From contig OX597822.1 of assembly GCA_951406725.2 (NCBI GenBank), forward strand, positions 48,360,001 to 48,424,000: DNA of 64,000 bases, given 5' to 3'. This document shows, piece after piece, positions 41,239-54,766 of the stretch. The DNA is from Octopus vulgaris. Its lineage: Eukaryota. The notes beneath the pieces were generated by a model. The model made no database searches. It was given only the letters and a program-made list of their open reading frames with translations, and had not been told where the DNA came from. A program made the position numbers and the translations under genes. Position 1 is the first letter of the stretch. Each line of letters begins with the position of its first letter.

Positions 41239-41534
41239 ATATATATTTCGTTTTTCGACTTGGTTTGCAAGATTCTTTATGTGAGTTCGTGTGTTGAAGC
41301 ATATTCTGTTGTGTCTGCGGAGAGTCATTCTCTTTTAATGCCTCATAATTTAATACACTCACCGGTAAAATTTCCACTTATTTATTATTTTTTTTTCTTA
41401 ATTTTCGTTGCGTCTTGCAACCTTTTCAGAAAATTTTAGAAAAATAAAAAAGAAATAAGTGGAAATTTTACCGATGAGTGAGTTAAATTATAAGGCACCA
41501 AAAGAGAATGACTCTCCCCAGACGCAACAGTATA

Positions 41535-41575
<41 letters not shown>

Positions 41576-41712
41576 GACGGGTTTCTTTCAGTTTCCGTCT
41601 ACCAAATCCACTCACAAGGTTTTGATCGACCCGAGGCTAAAGTAGAAGACAACGGCCCAAGGTGCCACGCAGTAGGACTGAACCCGGAACCATGTGGTTG
41701 GGAAGCAAGCTT
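40975..41712 (-). mobile_element. SINE family B split by an inverted-repeat insert (~41245-41530)
   Basis: 3' half 40975-41170, 5' half 41575-41712. Confidence 0.8.
41395..41433 (-). ncRNA. Decayed hammerhead-like motif in the loop of an inverted repeat
   Basis: CTGAAAA(G8A)-G.GTTGC.AAGAC.GCAAC-GAAA-ATTA. Confidence 0.45.
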
Positions 41713-41837
41713 ATAGATTTATAATCTATATATATAATCTACCAATATTTGTTAGCATATGAGATGGAGCTTCTTTTCCAAAAAAAATCACCCCGGGTCC
41801 ATTCTGCAAATTTGGGTCTTACATAAGCTGATATTAC

Positions 41838-42265
41838 TTTTTACTATTGGTGCAAAGCCTGAAATTTGGAGGGAGGGGATAATTAATTACATTTACCCCA
41901 GTGCTTAACTGGTACTTATTTTATCGAACTCTGAAAGGATGAAAGGCAAAATCGACCTCGGCGGAATTTGAGCTCTGAATGTAAAGACGGGCAAAATGTC
42001 GCTAAATATTTTGTCTAGCGCGCAAACGGTTCTGCTACTTGCCGCCTTTTCATCGGCTAAATTTGGTTTCAAGTTTCGGAAGCAGGACCAAGTAAATTAC
42101 GTCGATTCCAGGCATCAACTGGTACTTATTTTCATCGATCCTGAAAGGATGAAAAGCAAAGTCTACCTAGGCCTAGGCGGAATTTGAACTCATACCATTA
42201 AGACGAGCAAAATACCGCTAGATATTTTGCCCAGCGTGGTAACGATTCTGCCAGCTCTACAGCCT
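41838..42265 (-). mobile_element. Two tandem SINE family A copies
   Basis: Two GAAAGGATGAAA.GCAAA.TC.ACCT bodies. Confidence 0.85.
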
Positions 42266-42442
42266 TTCTATAAGCTAACATTACATGCTTTAACGCACTA
42301 AAAACTTCGTTTTTTTCCCTGAATATGCAATTCTAAAATTGGAGAGCGTCTACCATGCCCGTGCGTCTTTTCTGCCACCTAAAACAGTATATCTTTATTA
42401 TAATGACTAACAGAAAACCTCCCTGAGGGTGGATTTCGGCTA

Positions 42443-42497
<55 letters not shown>

Positions 42498-42849
42498 GAA
42501 TTATAAATATTTTTCAAAATTAAACAAGACGAATGTATTTTCATGCAAGAGTTTTCAAAAGAGCGTGATAAACGCAAAGCTGAGAGTAATATCAATTTAT
42601 ATAATGTTATTAAGACAAACTGGATTAAACATAACTCAAGGCATATTTATTAAAATATATTCCTTTATGTGTGTGTGTGTGTATCTCGGTGTATGTTGGT
42701 GTGTGTGTGTCTGTGTATCCATGAAGATATGTATATGTAGATGATGTATATGTGTGAGGCTAGTCATATTCTACTTTGTTTTGTTTTTTTTGCTTGAATT
42801 CCATATATTGCAATTTAGCGTTAGAAGTTTTCACCAATACTTCCTCCAG

Positions 42850-43186
42850 CAGCTCCATCACCACCCCAAACACCCCCACCATCGCCGCCGCCGCCGCCGC
42901 TACCACCACCTTCAGTGCCACCATTTGCAATACCGCCACCCCTTCCATCACCATCTTTCACCACTACCAGCATCGACCAACAACGGCAACGACTCCGCCT
43001 CCAGCATCGCCACCACTCCCACTATGTCCGCCACATTTCATCGCCATCAACACTACACCGCCACTCGTCACCACCACCACCACCACCACCACCACCATCA
43101 TCATCATTACTTAATTTCTTCAACTACTACTACTACTACTACCACGCAAGTATTACCACCACCACAACTAGTAGCATTGCCAACAC

Positions 43187-43232
<46 letters not shown>

Positions 43233-43476
43233 ATCCACCCCCCCAGCGTTCCCACCACCTCGACCATCCCCTCCTACCGCGGCCACCACCACCACCTTCA
43301 CTAATGTTACAGCAGACGTCAGACTTTGCAGACACTAATTCAATAAGACGTGTTGACCCGAGCAGATACTTCGTCACTTAGAAGCAAGTGGAAGCCGCTA
43401 AGTGAAGAAACTGGAGTAGTAGCAGCAGCAGTACTACTACTACTACTACTAGTAGTAGTAGTAGTAGTAGTAGAAA

Positions 43477-43507
<31 letters not shown>

Positions 43508-43700
43508 GGTGATGGTGGTGGAATAAGGAAAAGAAATTGGTAAACGAAATTATTTTTTTTACGAAGAAATATATCAGAGAAAAGAAAAAAAGGTTAAAAT
43601 ATGTCAAGATTTCTAGGAAAAATTGGGACACAAGACAAAAACATCCCCATCATCATCGTCATCATCATCATCACCATCATCATCATCGTCATCATCATCG

Positions 43701-43747
<47 letters not shown>

Positions 43748-44320
43748 TTGATCAGCACCATTGGCATCATCACCATCAGCAGTAGTAGCAGCAGCGTCAC
43801 CACCACATCCACCGTTATTATCATCAACATCATTATTATCATTGTCGTCATCGTCGTCATTGTCGTCATTGTCATCATCATCACTGCCACTACCACCGCC
43901 ACCACCATCACCATCATCCTCATCACCATCATCATCATCAGTATCATCACCATCATCACCATCGCCATCAACGTCGTCACGATTATGATCGATATTACTA
44001 TCACCTTCATCATCATCATCATCATCGTCATCGTCATCGTTGTCGTCGTCGTCACCATCATCAGCATCATCGTCATCGTCATCGTCGTCATCGTCACCAT
44101 CATCATTATCATCGTTATCTTCTCCATCGTTATACTCGTCAAATTCCCCTTCATCTCCATTCTCCTCTTTGTGATCATCCTGAACGTCATCACCTTCATC
44201 ACTATCAGCCTAATCCACCTCCCCTTCTTCCAAATTTCCTTATCCTCGTCTATCTTTTTCCACTTCCTCCTCATCGTAATCACCATCATCATCATCGTCA
44301 TCAGCAACAACAATAACAAT
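42850..44320. repeat. (CAC)n/(TAC)n/(CAT)n trinucleotide low-complexity region
   Basis: Direct reading; small (TAC)n-(GTA)n palindrome at 43430-43470. Confidence 0.9.
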
Positions 44321-44527
44321 GACATGAAAGACCAACCTGCATAAACGATAGCAGTGACATTACTCTACTAAAAGGGCAGGACACCGAATTTATAGAACTC
44401 CAGAAGAGATGAATATTTGCCTTTGTGATGAATCTTTTTAGATCTGGTCGTTGTCTTCTGCAGCTGATAATTGGCCATTCTCTAATAATTCTTTCATTTT
44501 CCCGAGATTTCATGAATGATGTAAGAT

Positions 44528-44763
44528 TGCGTATCCAGAAAATTTGCCGTAAACATTTTATGCCGTAAGAAAATTCATTTGAAGAAATTTCGCCGAATAG
44601 ACGCAGGAGTGGCTGTGTGGTTAGAAGATTGCTTTCCTGATACAATACGCTTTATTATTGTCCATACGGTGAATTTTCCTTATAACGAATTTTTCTTGCA
44701 GCGAAATTTTTACGGCGATATTTATCTATGGTTAAAATGTTTACGGAGAAATTCTGTACAACC
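44528..44763. mobile_element. Foldback/MULE-like MITE remnant
   Basis: CAGAAAATTTGCCGTAAACATTTTA mirrored by TAAAATGTTTACGGAGAAATTCTG; internal short subrepeats. Confidence 0.5.
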
Positions 44764-44997
44764 TTAAGACTGGAAAGTACCGTTTGGCCGAATGTAAAGT
44801 GTTATGTATCTGGGATTGTGGGTGGTTACAACTAGAATATTTATGTCTTCGCTCTCATTACGAGGGTTTCTCCATGATACAGAGTTTAGGATCTGTTTTA
44901 CTTTGGTTATGGTATAATTTACCAAGATTTAGAGTACTTTTCTTTTCGAAGGAATATATTTTTATCCCTATCAGTCATTACTCTCGTTTTTTTGTGC

Positions 44998-45557
44998 CTG
45001 TTTTTGGACATTTTGGTAATTAAGGAAAAGGAAACTGTTACAACTGACCTCTACAGCAAGGACGGGGCCACACAACACTGCATCAATTTTAGGTCTTGCC
45101 ACCTGTTCCATATTAAAAGGAACGTCCTATCTAAGACATGAGTAGTGATGGAAGAAGAAATTATGCTGGCAGCAAATACGGAAATCTTCGTTGTCAGACT
45201 TGAGAAACAATTCAACAAGAAACACCCCAAAAAATTCAGGAAGGGGAAGGAATTGGAGATTGATGCAAATATGATCTGCAAAGCAAAAAGTCTCATTTGC
45301 TGCATCACATGGCCACAATGCATTGAGAATTATATTGGCCAAACAGGATCAAAATTAATACATTGGATTAGGATACATAAACAACAAATCAAAATTTATA
45401 TCATTAGAACCTTCTGTGTAGTGAAGGTCTAAACATTTCAACAAATGGGAAATTCAAAATAATAATTTTTCCAAATAAAAGGAGAAAACGTTCAACTACA
45501 AAAGGCAGAAGAAGAATATTTTATAAGATTTTTAAATACTAAACTAAAGCATAAATA
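44998..45557 (+). pseudogene. Decayed Penelope-like element: RT C-terminus plus GIY-YIG endonuclease
   Basis: LFLDILVIKEKETVTTDLYSKDGATQHCINFRSCHLFHIKRNV (PLE FLD...TD.Y.K...S.HP region), then MICKAKSLICCITWPQCIENYIGQTGSKLIHWIRIHKQQI. Confidence 0.85.
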
Positions 45558-45722
45558 GTTAACACCGCTTATTACAAACAACTTTCTCATTACGGATTAC
45601 CTCATGACACGTGTATTTGAGAAATTGTAAACAGCGAAAGCGCTTAATTATACGGAAACTTCCAAACACTAAGGCAACGTTCCTCTATAAAACAACCTTA
45701 CCTTATACACACACATATGCAC

Positions 45723-45802
<80 letters not shown>

Positions 45803-46010
45803 TCATATATATAAATTAATATGAACAGCTGGGCGCAATGTAATGCCATAAAGGAAAAGTTTAATCGTCACTAAATGTAATTGAAGGTGCCGAAACACAG
45901 ACATTACTAGAAATAAGAGTTAGAGACTCTTAATGCTGTAAGAAGAGCGCAATATATATATACACTGGCAGGGTAGTTAAATGCCCCACGACCGTCTCTA
46001 GAAACACCAG

Positions 46011-46051
46011 ACTCAACCAGTTTCACTTATTTTGTAAGTATCATCAGTAGT
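46011..46051 (-). ncRNA. Minimal type I hammerhead
   Basis: ACTA-CTGATGA-T.ACTTA.CAAAA.TAAGT-GAAA-CTGG-TT-GAGT; one stem I mismatch. Confidence 0.7.
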
Positions 46052-46100
46052 GACTACTCAAACGGTCGATGGTTTGGCTAATTCTGTATGCATGTGTATG

Positions 46101-46167
<67 letters not shown>

Positions 46168-46407
46168 AAAACCAGATCGAACCATCTCAAGTGTAACTGC
46201 CCGAAATGGTCGTGACTTCTGGGACTTGACTGATGAAAGAAAGCCAAGAATGACCCGTCTTTTTTTTTGCCTGTCAGTTTAATTGTTATATCTCTTGTTT
46301 GCCTTTGTATCGTCTATCTAACTGAACGTTTTAATGCCCTGCATTGCGTTTTTGTTCCATTTTATATTTATACATACATACATACATACACACACGCGCG
46401 CGCACAC

Positions 46408-46477
<70 letters not shown>

Positions 46478-46484
46478 GTATATA

Positions 46485-46704
46485 CAGTAATCCCTCGCCA
46501 AATCGCGGTTCTCCTATCGCGGTTTATTATTTAAGCTCATGTCGATTCCTCCGTGGCGTTGTTTTGCATTTATAATAGAATAAATATATACAAATTATAA
46601 AAATAAAAAATAAAAATATACAGTACTGTTTCTACTTCGGGGATTTCCCCCCATCGCGGGGCGCTTTTGGAACCATAACACCCACGATAGTCTAGGGATT
46701 ACCG
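46485..46704. mobile_element. pogo/Tigger-type MITE
   Basis: TA|CAGTAATCCCT ... AGGGATTACCG|TA. Confidence 0.75.
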
Positions 46705-47366
46705 TACCTACAATGTATAATACGTATATTTATTTCTTTATTTCTCACAGGGGCCTAAACATAGAGGTGACAAACAAGGACAGACAGTGCGTAACTGGTA
46801 CTTAATTTATCGACCCCGAAAGGATTAAAGGCAAAGTCGACCTTGGCGATATTCGAAGAGGCTGCCGAATATTAAATCAGAGTAAAATAAAGTTTCAAAA
46901 ACAGAATAAATGTCTTTAATTATCTATTCTTATTTACATACACAATCTAAGCCATTTTTTCATAATTCCAATCATACTTTCCCTATTGATAACAATTTTC
47001 CTTACTAGGAAGCAAAGCTAAAAATAAAACTGGAAAATGGTCACTTACTCCAATTTTTATCCATTTGTGTACTTGTAATGTTGTCCAAAATGATTTTTCT
47101 TCTTCATTTTAAAATTTTTGTGAATTTTTAACCATGAAATGCGAAGTACATATAGTTATAAATAATGAAGTTAAAAAAAAAAACCCTTCGATGGAAAGGG
47201 TCAAAATTTGCGTGCAGGAGTCGAACACACAGCTTCTGCAAACACTGCAAACATTCTAGCATTGTACAAAACCAATTCTTTGGATTCCTCTATCCATTTT
47301 AGAAACTTCGCGATAATTCTGTCAGTGACGTTATAAGAATTTACACATTATCGTTTTTTCTCTCCC

Positions 47367-47523
<157 letters not shown>

Positions 47524-47524
47524 C

Positions 47525-47890
47525 GGAGGCGCAGTGGCCCAGAGGTTAGCGCTCGTAGGCTCGCGCTTTCGATTCCCAGACCGGGCGTTGTGAGTATTTA
47601 TTGAGAGAAAACACCTAAAGCTCAACAAGACTCCAGCAGGGGGTGGTGGTGAACCCTGCTGTACTCTTTCACCACAACATTCTCTCACTCTTTCTTCCTG
47701 TTTCTCTTATACCTGTGTTTCAAAGAGCCAGCTTTGTCACACTCTGTGTTACGCTGAATCTCCCCGAGAACTACGTTAAGGGTACACGTGTCTGTGGAGT
47801 GCTCAGCCACTTGCACGTTAATTTCACGAGCAGACTGTTCCGTTGATTGGATCAACTGGAACCCTCGTCGTCGTAACCGACGGAGTGTAG
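47525..47890 (+). mobile_element. SINE family C
   Basis: GGAGGCGCAGTGGCCCAGAGGTTAG...TTCGATTCCCAGACCGGGCGTTGTGAG; 3' half also present as minus-strand fragments at ~52465-52595, 55668-55770 and 58175-58215. Confidence 0.85.
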
Positions 47891-48204
47891 CTAATTACAA
47901 TACACACACACAGACATATATACGGTATATACATTACCTCTGGACGGGAGGCCGGTCTGCGCAGGATTATTCCATTTTTAGCCGCTGATAAACTGGAGAA
48001 ACTAAAATGAAGTGTTTGACTCAAGAGCACAACGAATTGCCCGGTCCATGAATCGAAACCATAATTTTATGATCACAAATATAAGACTCTAACCACTAAG
48101 CCCAAACCCGCGATCATCCTCTCTTTCTCTCACACACACGCACACATACACACATCTAAAGTACATAAAGCTATAGATAATGTATGAGTATATATATACA
48201 TACT

Positions 48205-48392
48205 CTTTTGCTCTTTTATTGATTTCAGCCATTTGACTGCGGCCATGCTGGAACACCGCCTTTAGTCGAGCAAATCAACCCAGGACTTATTCTTTTGTAA
48301 ACCTAGTACATATTCTATCGATCATTTTTGCCGAACCGCTAAGTTATGGGGACGTAAACACACCAACATCGGTTGTCAAGCGATGTTGGGGC
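48205..48392 (-). mobile_element. SINE family B 3' half
   Basis: Reverse match to 27025-27150. Confidence 0.85.
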
Positions 48393-48437
48393 ACACAAAT
48401 ATATACACACACATACATACATACATACATGCAAACA

Positions 48438-48471
<34 letters not shown>

Positions 48472-48473
48472 AT

Positions 48474-48554
<81 letters not shown>

Positions 48555-48558
<4 letters not shown>

Positions 48559-48628
48559 TCACAGCCTGGAATCGAACTCGGAATCTTGGGGTTAGTAGTC
48601 CGCGCTCTTAACTACTACACCATATGCC
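48555..48628 (-). other. tRNA-derived Pol III head (not a functional tRNA)
   Basis: Minus strand GGCATATGGTGTAGTAGTTAAGAGCGCGGACTACTAACCCCAAGATTCCGAGTTCGATTCCAGGCTGTGACCTG has A box, anticodon-like loop and GTTCGATTC B box, but poor acceptor and T stems. Confidence 0.7.
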
Positions 48629-48631
48629 ATG

Positions 48632-48663
<32 letters not shown>

Positions 48664-48725
48664 GTAATAATAATAACATCGAAAAATTCCTTAGGAATGA
48701 GAACCCAGGTTCGAAATTTACCCAA

Positions 48726-48776
48726 GACACCTGATGAAGTGTTGGGTGGGGGGTATATCAGCCGAAACGTTGTGTT
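48726..48776 (+). ncRNA. Minimal type I hammerhead
   Basis: GACAC-CTGATGA-[agtGTTG...CAGCc]-GAAA-CG-TT-GTGTT; palindromic ACGT stem III. Confidence 0.7.
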
Positions 48777-48853
48777 AACAACAAACAAAATGAGGACAAA
48801 TATCTGTCAAATGTAAATAATGTAAATAATGTAAACAATGTACATACATATAT

Positions 48854-48962
<109 letters not shown>

Positions 48963-49437
48963 TATACACATATATATATACATGTGTATGTGTGTGAGAG
49001 AGAGAGTCTCTGAATAAGAAACTGTTTGTTTCTGCTCTAAAGCAATTTCGTTGTTACAACAGCTAAGGGGGACGATTCCTATAACTACAAGACACATTAA
49101 AGCGAGACGATCGGTTTTAACCACACTGAAGCTGATAAGATCAAGCTAAGCCTGAAACCTCCATTGTCAGATTGACGTTTTCTCGCCCAAAATAAGAAGG
49201 AACGAAATTGTGAGACAAAACCTGAGAAGATGTTCTTACAGGAAATCTGATACCGACGAATGCGTGTTTGTATATAAGTATATACTTTACTGTAAATATA
49301 ATTTTGTATACGGCTTTCTTTGTTTATACGTATGTATATTGACAATTATGTACGAACGTGCCTGAATCAATATATAACTACCAATGCTTACCTGCATGTA
49401 TATACAATTTATATATATATATGTTTCTTTCTCCTAT

Positions 49438-49472
49438 GTTTCCGACGAAGAGCTCCGCTCGAAACGTCAAAC
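49438..49472 (+). ncRNA. Minimal type I hammerhead with U4C core change
   Basis: GTTT-CCGACGA-A.GAGC.TCC.GCTC-GAAA-CG-TC-AAAC. Confidence 0.75.
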
Positions 49473-49563
49473 CCTCCTTCTTCCCTTCTTTCCTGAGCGT
49501 CCAATAATACTTTATTTGTTCCACATCCTTGCGTTGTTGTTTTTTGTTTTCTTGTTTGGATTA

Positions 49564-49598
<35 letters not shown>

Positions 49599-50116
49599 TG
49601 TTTCTATATGCACATGTATGCTATATTCAGAGTTATTGTCATGTATATGGATATATACATACATTTATGATGTACTGTTTCGTTATTGGTGAATAAACAA
49701 AATAAGTACTCCATTTAGTGATAGATAAATATCATTTTATATACACACAATTCAGATTCGAGCTACTATTTGTTTCACGCTATGGAAATACAATTGTCAG
49801 ACACACTTGTATAGCGTGCCGTGTATTTCCTAGCAATCTTTCAAACACAAATATACAACATGGTTTGTCCATTTTTAAAAAAACAAAAAAGAATACTGGT
49901 CTTTGAGAAAGCACGAGAAAGGACAAAGGAAGGTAAAACAAAAAAGTGAAATGAGCAAAAAAAAAAAAGAAGAAAATTAAGCCCATTTGAATTAGAATTA
50001 ATATAAGTGTAAAAGCTTGTGCGCCTGCATGGTTAATCGGGAGACAATGGTGTTTTCCAGTTCAATAACAGAAATTTGTCCTGATGCTTACATTTAAAAA
50101 GTATTCTTTTATTATC

Positions 50117-50281
50117 TTACTCTTTTACTTGTTTCAGTCACTTAACTGCGGCCATGCTGGAACACTACCTTAAAGGGTTGTAGTCGAAGAAATCGACTCC
50201 AGGACTTGCCTAGTACTTATTCTACCGGTCTCTTTTACCAGTTGTCAAGCGATGGTGGGAGACAAACACAGACACACACAG

Positions 50282-50313
<32 letters not shown>

Positions 50314-50323
50314 ACACACTCAG

Positions 50324-50397
<74 letters not shown>

Positions 50398-50568
50398 ATT
50401 TATAGGACAGGCTTCTTTCAGTTTCCGTCTACCAAATCCACTCACTAGGCTTTGGTCGGCCATAGGCTATAATAGAAGACACTTGCCCGTGGGGCCACGC
50501 AATGGAACTGAAGCCAGAACAGTGTGGTTGGGGAGTAAGCTTCCCACCACACAGCCACGCCTGCGCCT
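50117..50568 (-). mobile_element. SINE family B
   Basis: Reverse match to 26729-27150, central (CA)n. Confidence 0.85.
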
Positions 50569-50695
50569 ATGGCCAAGCATCTGAACAAATTTCTCAGAGC
50601 CGGAAGAAATGCCGCTAAGTATTTATTTTGTCCGACGCCCTAACGATTCTTCCAGTTCACCGCCCTCAATGTTGATGACGACGACGACGACGACG

Positions 50696-50745
<50 letters not shown>

Positions 50746-51120
50746 AATGATGATGATGATGGTAGTAGTGGTTGTGTTGTTGTTGATGATGATGATGATG
50801 ATGGTTACATTGAAATACAAGCATGGAAATCAAAATATTTAAAGAAAGATAAAGAAAACTTTTTTTCAGTGAGAAAATTAGAAAAAAAGAAGAAAAACGC
50901 CAAACAGAAAAAAAGAAAGAAATGGAAAAAAAAAAAAAGAAATGGAAGATAGTTGCCAAAAATTAGTCACAGAAAAACGGTAACCAAGAAGAGCAACAGC
51001 TGTTTATACATACATACATACGTACCCACATACATACATACATACATACATACATACATACATACATACATACATACATACATACATACATACGAACGAA
51101 CTTACACACATACATACGTG

Positions 51121-51151
<31 letters not shown>

Positions 51152-51906
51152 GCATATGTATGTATTTATATGCCACACACATATATCTACTTAAACATGC
51201 ATATAAACAGGCAGAAGGAAAATGCCTGGGTGTAGATGTAAGCCAAACTACTTTGTTCTTCTAACAGTAAAGAGAAAAAAAAATCTGAACCACCCTAAGA
51301 AAGACGAAGCCTCCATCTATTGAAGCAAACATGTAACTAACGCCTTTACTGTCATTTGAACACAGAGAACATAAATGAGGTGAAAAATATAGGAAGGGAA
51401 GGATGAGATAAGAATGGTACAGAGAGGAAAAAATGTATGAGATGCAGCATGTTATTTTGGATTCTTGCCCAAGAGATATTTTACTAACTCTCTGGAAACC
51501 TTACGCTTTTCATTCCTTTACTAAGATGATTCTTTCGGCGAAGAAAGCTTTCATCCTTGCTCTGCTTCCAACTCCGCAATATGCTTTGGTTGGCGTTTCA
51601 TATTTTTTGTCGACGATTTGGCAGAGGCATTAACTTGACCATCTCTGCTGTGCCTGTCTCTTTTCCAGAAGCAAGTTTCTAACGCCATGTAGACTTATCG
51701 CCTGTCCATTCATGGATATGTCAGGAAGTAAGAACTCAATAAGTACGCAGCATCAACGGAGCCGCAAGGGATGCCAGACATTGGTCAAGTACAACCGTAC
51801 ATATTTGCTGTAGTGTCTCTCTCCCTCTAGGTTTTCAGGCGGGGTTTGCCCCCGTTGCCATTTTTAAACGCTCAGTAAATTATCCCAAAATGCAGAAAGG
51901 ATTTAT

Positions 51907-52152
51907 TAAGTTAAGTTAAGTTAATTTTTGGGCTCAAAAAGCAAAAAGCAAGGCCATGTAGGGGGGACATGGAGTTATATACAGGAGTGTTAATGCAAAG
52001 AGTTCAGGCCATTTCTGGTCAAGAGAGACTTTGAACCGAGCGGTCGTCGACATCTTCACTATCTCATCCGGCAGCTTATTCCACGGATCCGCAACCCGGA
52101 CGGAGAAAGCCCCTCTCCTTCGATTGAGATGAAATCGTCGCAGATAGAGCTT
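51907..52152 (-). mobile_element. CR1/L2-group LINE 3' end with (TTAAC)n tail
   Basis: KLYLRRFHLNRRRGAFSVRVADPWNKLPDEIVKMSTTARFKVSLDQKW (FS.RV...WN.LP motif); TTAAGTTAAGTTAAGTTAA at the end. Confidence 0.85.
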
Positions 52153-52696
52153 ATCATAGTGGAGATGGTTTATGCTGAGCCAATCTCACTCGCAGTGTAT
52201 TGCTCCAGTGCCACTAATGCTCCCAAGTCTTCTCTGACCCGAAGTGGAAGCACCTGACTGGTTCCCTGCTGTGGGTTAACCAGCATATGCATTGACATTC
52301 CATGTGAGGGCGGGGACGTAGAAATACATTCAGTAAGAGTGCGCAGTAAAACTATCGGGTGTGAAGGACCCAGTAGCTGTTGTCACAGCATCCTTCTAGG
52401 AGAGGGACCCTCTGATGTAAAACCTTCGGTTTCAGGTAATTAATCGATGTATGGATCCTTCTGGTGCTGCACCGGTTACGACGACGATGGTCCTCAGTTG
52501 ATCTGATCAACGGAACAGCCTGCTCGTGAATTTAGCATGCAAGTAGCTGAGCGCTGCACAGACACGTGTTACTCTTAACGTGTTTCTCGGGGACAACGAA
52601 TGTTTATGCATATATGTAAGCACATATGTGAATGTGTATCTGTATGAACTTGTATATGCATGCACGCTTGTGTGAGCGATTGTGTGTGTATGTGCT

Positions 52697-52729
<33 letters not shown>

Positions 52730-52937
52730 ATACGTGTCAGCGTATTTGGGTGTGTATATGTGTCTGCGTATTTGGGAGAGAGAGAGGGGGGAGAGAGAGA
52801 AGGTGTGTGTGTGTGTGTCTGTGCGTGCGTGCGTGTGTTTGTACGCGTGTATGTGTTAGCTAATTGCTTACATTTCCTGCTTGAACGATTTTATGGGCCA
52901 TATATTTCTAAACAGCAGTTTGAACACCATTTCCACC

Positions 52938-53006
<69 letters not shown>

Positions 53007-53437
53007 TAATTTGCGTGCACAATGAAAAAAGTTGAAAGGAGAGAAAGGTTTTTACTAGAAATCAAATGAGAATTTTTTTTCATTTTCTTTATATTTCCTG
53101 AATTTGTTTGTCAGGCAAATGAGAAGCGGTATATATTTGAGCAAGTACGACGTGAACTAAAACAATTTTACGTTGTAATAAAGACTGAAACGGCTCGTTT
53201 CTGTGATTCTTAACCAGGAATCAAAACCTTAGCCTAAATTATTCGTTAAGCTTCTTTCCATTGTTCTCGACATTTATACTTGGAAATTTATGACAGTCAA
53301 CTGTCATACTCAGTTTAAGCCATAGTCTTTTGATTAAATTCAATGCAACATAGATAAATACATTCACCGTCTTTTGTTCTCCCGATCTACTTCCAGATTT
53401 CGAACATGTATAAATACAGAACCCAAACAGCATTCTT

Positions 53438-53669
53438 ATTTTTTTTTGCCCAGAAGGGGCTAGACATAGAGGGGACAAACAAGGACAGAAAAAAGGGATT
53501 AAGTCGATTACATCGACCCCAGTGCGTAACTGGTACTTAATTTATCGACCCCGAAAGGATGAAAGGCAAAGTCGACCTCGGCGGAATTTGAACTCAGAAC
53601 GTGACAGCAGACGAAATACTGCTAAGCATTTCGCCCGGCGTGCTAACGATTCTGCCAGCTCGCCGCCTT
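53438..53669 (-). mobile_element. Young SINE family A with ~22-bp TSD
   Basis: ACAGAACCCAAACAG(C/A)ATTCTT at 53416-53437 and 53671-53692. Confidence 0.9.
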
Positions 53670-53709
53670 AACAGAACCCAAACAGAATTCTTTCTCACTT
53701 TCACCTAAC

Positions 53710-53950
53710 ACCTTGTGAGTGGATTTGGTAGATGGAAACTGAAAGAAGCTCGTCGTATATAGATATGTATGTATTTGTGTATCTGTGTTATCCCATCATC
53801 GCTTGACAACTGACGCTGGTGTGTTTACTTCCCCGTAACTTAGCAGTTCGGCAAAAGCGACCAATAGAATAAGTCCTGGGGTCGATTTGTTTGACCAAAG
53901 GCGTTGTTCCAGCATGGCCGCAGTCAAATGACTGAAACAAGTAAGAGAAT
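53710..53950 (+). mobile_element. SINE family B, 5'-truncated
   Basis: CCTTGTGAGTGGATTTGGTAGA...CAGCATGGCCGCAGTCAAATGACTGAAACAAG. Confidence 0.85.
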
Positions 53951-54269
53951 AGCCTTTAGAGAACTGAAGGAAAAAGTTTTTAAAAAATTGAACCAAAAAA
54001 GGAACGACACGATTTGACCTTATCAGAGGTAGGAACCAGGTGCAGGAGTGAAACAAATGGAATTTTAAGTCAGTAATTAAACGACAATCGTCTGTGTATG
54101 TGTGTGTGTGTAAGTGAATGAGTGTATGTGTGTGAATGTGTGTGCATGTGAATGTGTGCGTGAGTGAGTGAATGTGTGCGTGTTAGTGAATGTGTGTGTG
54201 TGCGTGTGTTATCTTCGTCCCCATTCCTTGACTCTAGTAATCAGTGCCACAGATAACACCATGTCCAAT

Positions 54270-54492
54270 AATGGTTTCGAATTTTAGCACAAGGCCAGCG
54301 ATTTAGTGCGAAGGGGATATATCGACCATATCGACCCCAGTGCGTAACTGGTACTTATTTTATCGACCCCCAACGCTACTCCTCAGAAGGAGGGAAAGAC
54401 AAAGTCGACGTCGGCAGAATTTGAACTCGGAACGTAAAGCCGGACGAAATGCCGCCAAGCATTCTGTCCGGCGTGCTAACGATCCCCGCCTT
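54270..54492 (-). mobile_element. SINE family A
   Basis: Reverse match with a small internal insertion. Confidence 0.8.
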
Positions 54493-54726
54493 ATAATAAA
54501 AGCAAGCATGCGTACAACCGTTTCTTGGTAACTTCCGTATCACCCAAACATTCTACACACACACACACACACGCACACACACACATACATACACACGTGC
54601 ACATACTAATACCCACACACGTACACACATACAGACATACACACACACACACACTCAAATACATATACACGTGCACACACTAATACACACACACGTACAC
54701 ACATACAAACATACACACACACACGT

Positions 54727-54766
<40 letters not shown>

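Noticed and set aside
43594-44344. 243-247 aa poly-Met/Ile/His ORFs
   Set aside because: (CAT)n repeat translations open in several frames on both strands; no domain or splice context
48555-48628. Functional tRNA gene
   Set aside because: Acceptor and T stems pair poorly and there is no T-run terminator; treated as a tRNA-derived head. The same applies to SINE A/B/C heads.
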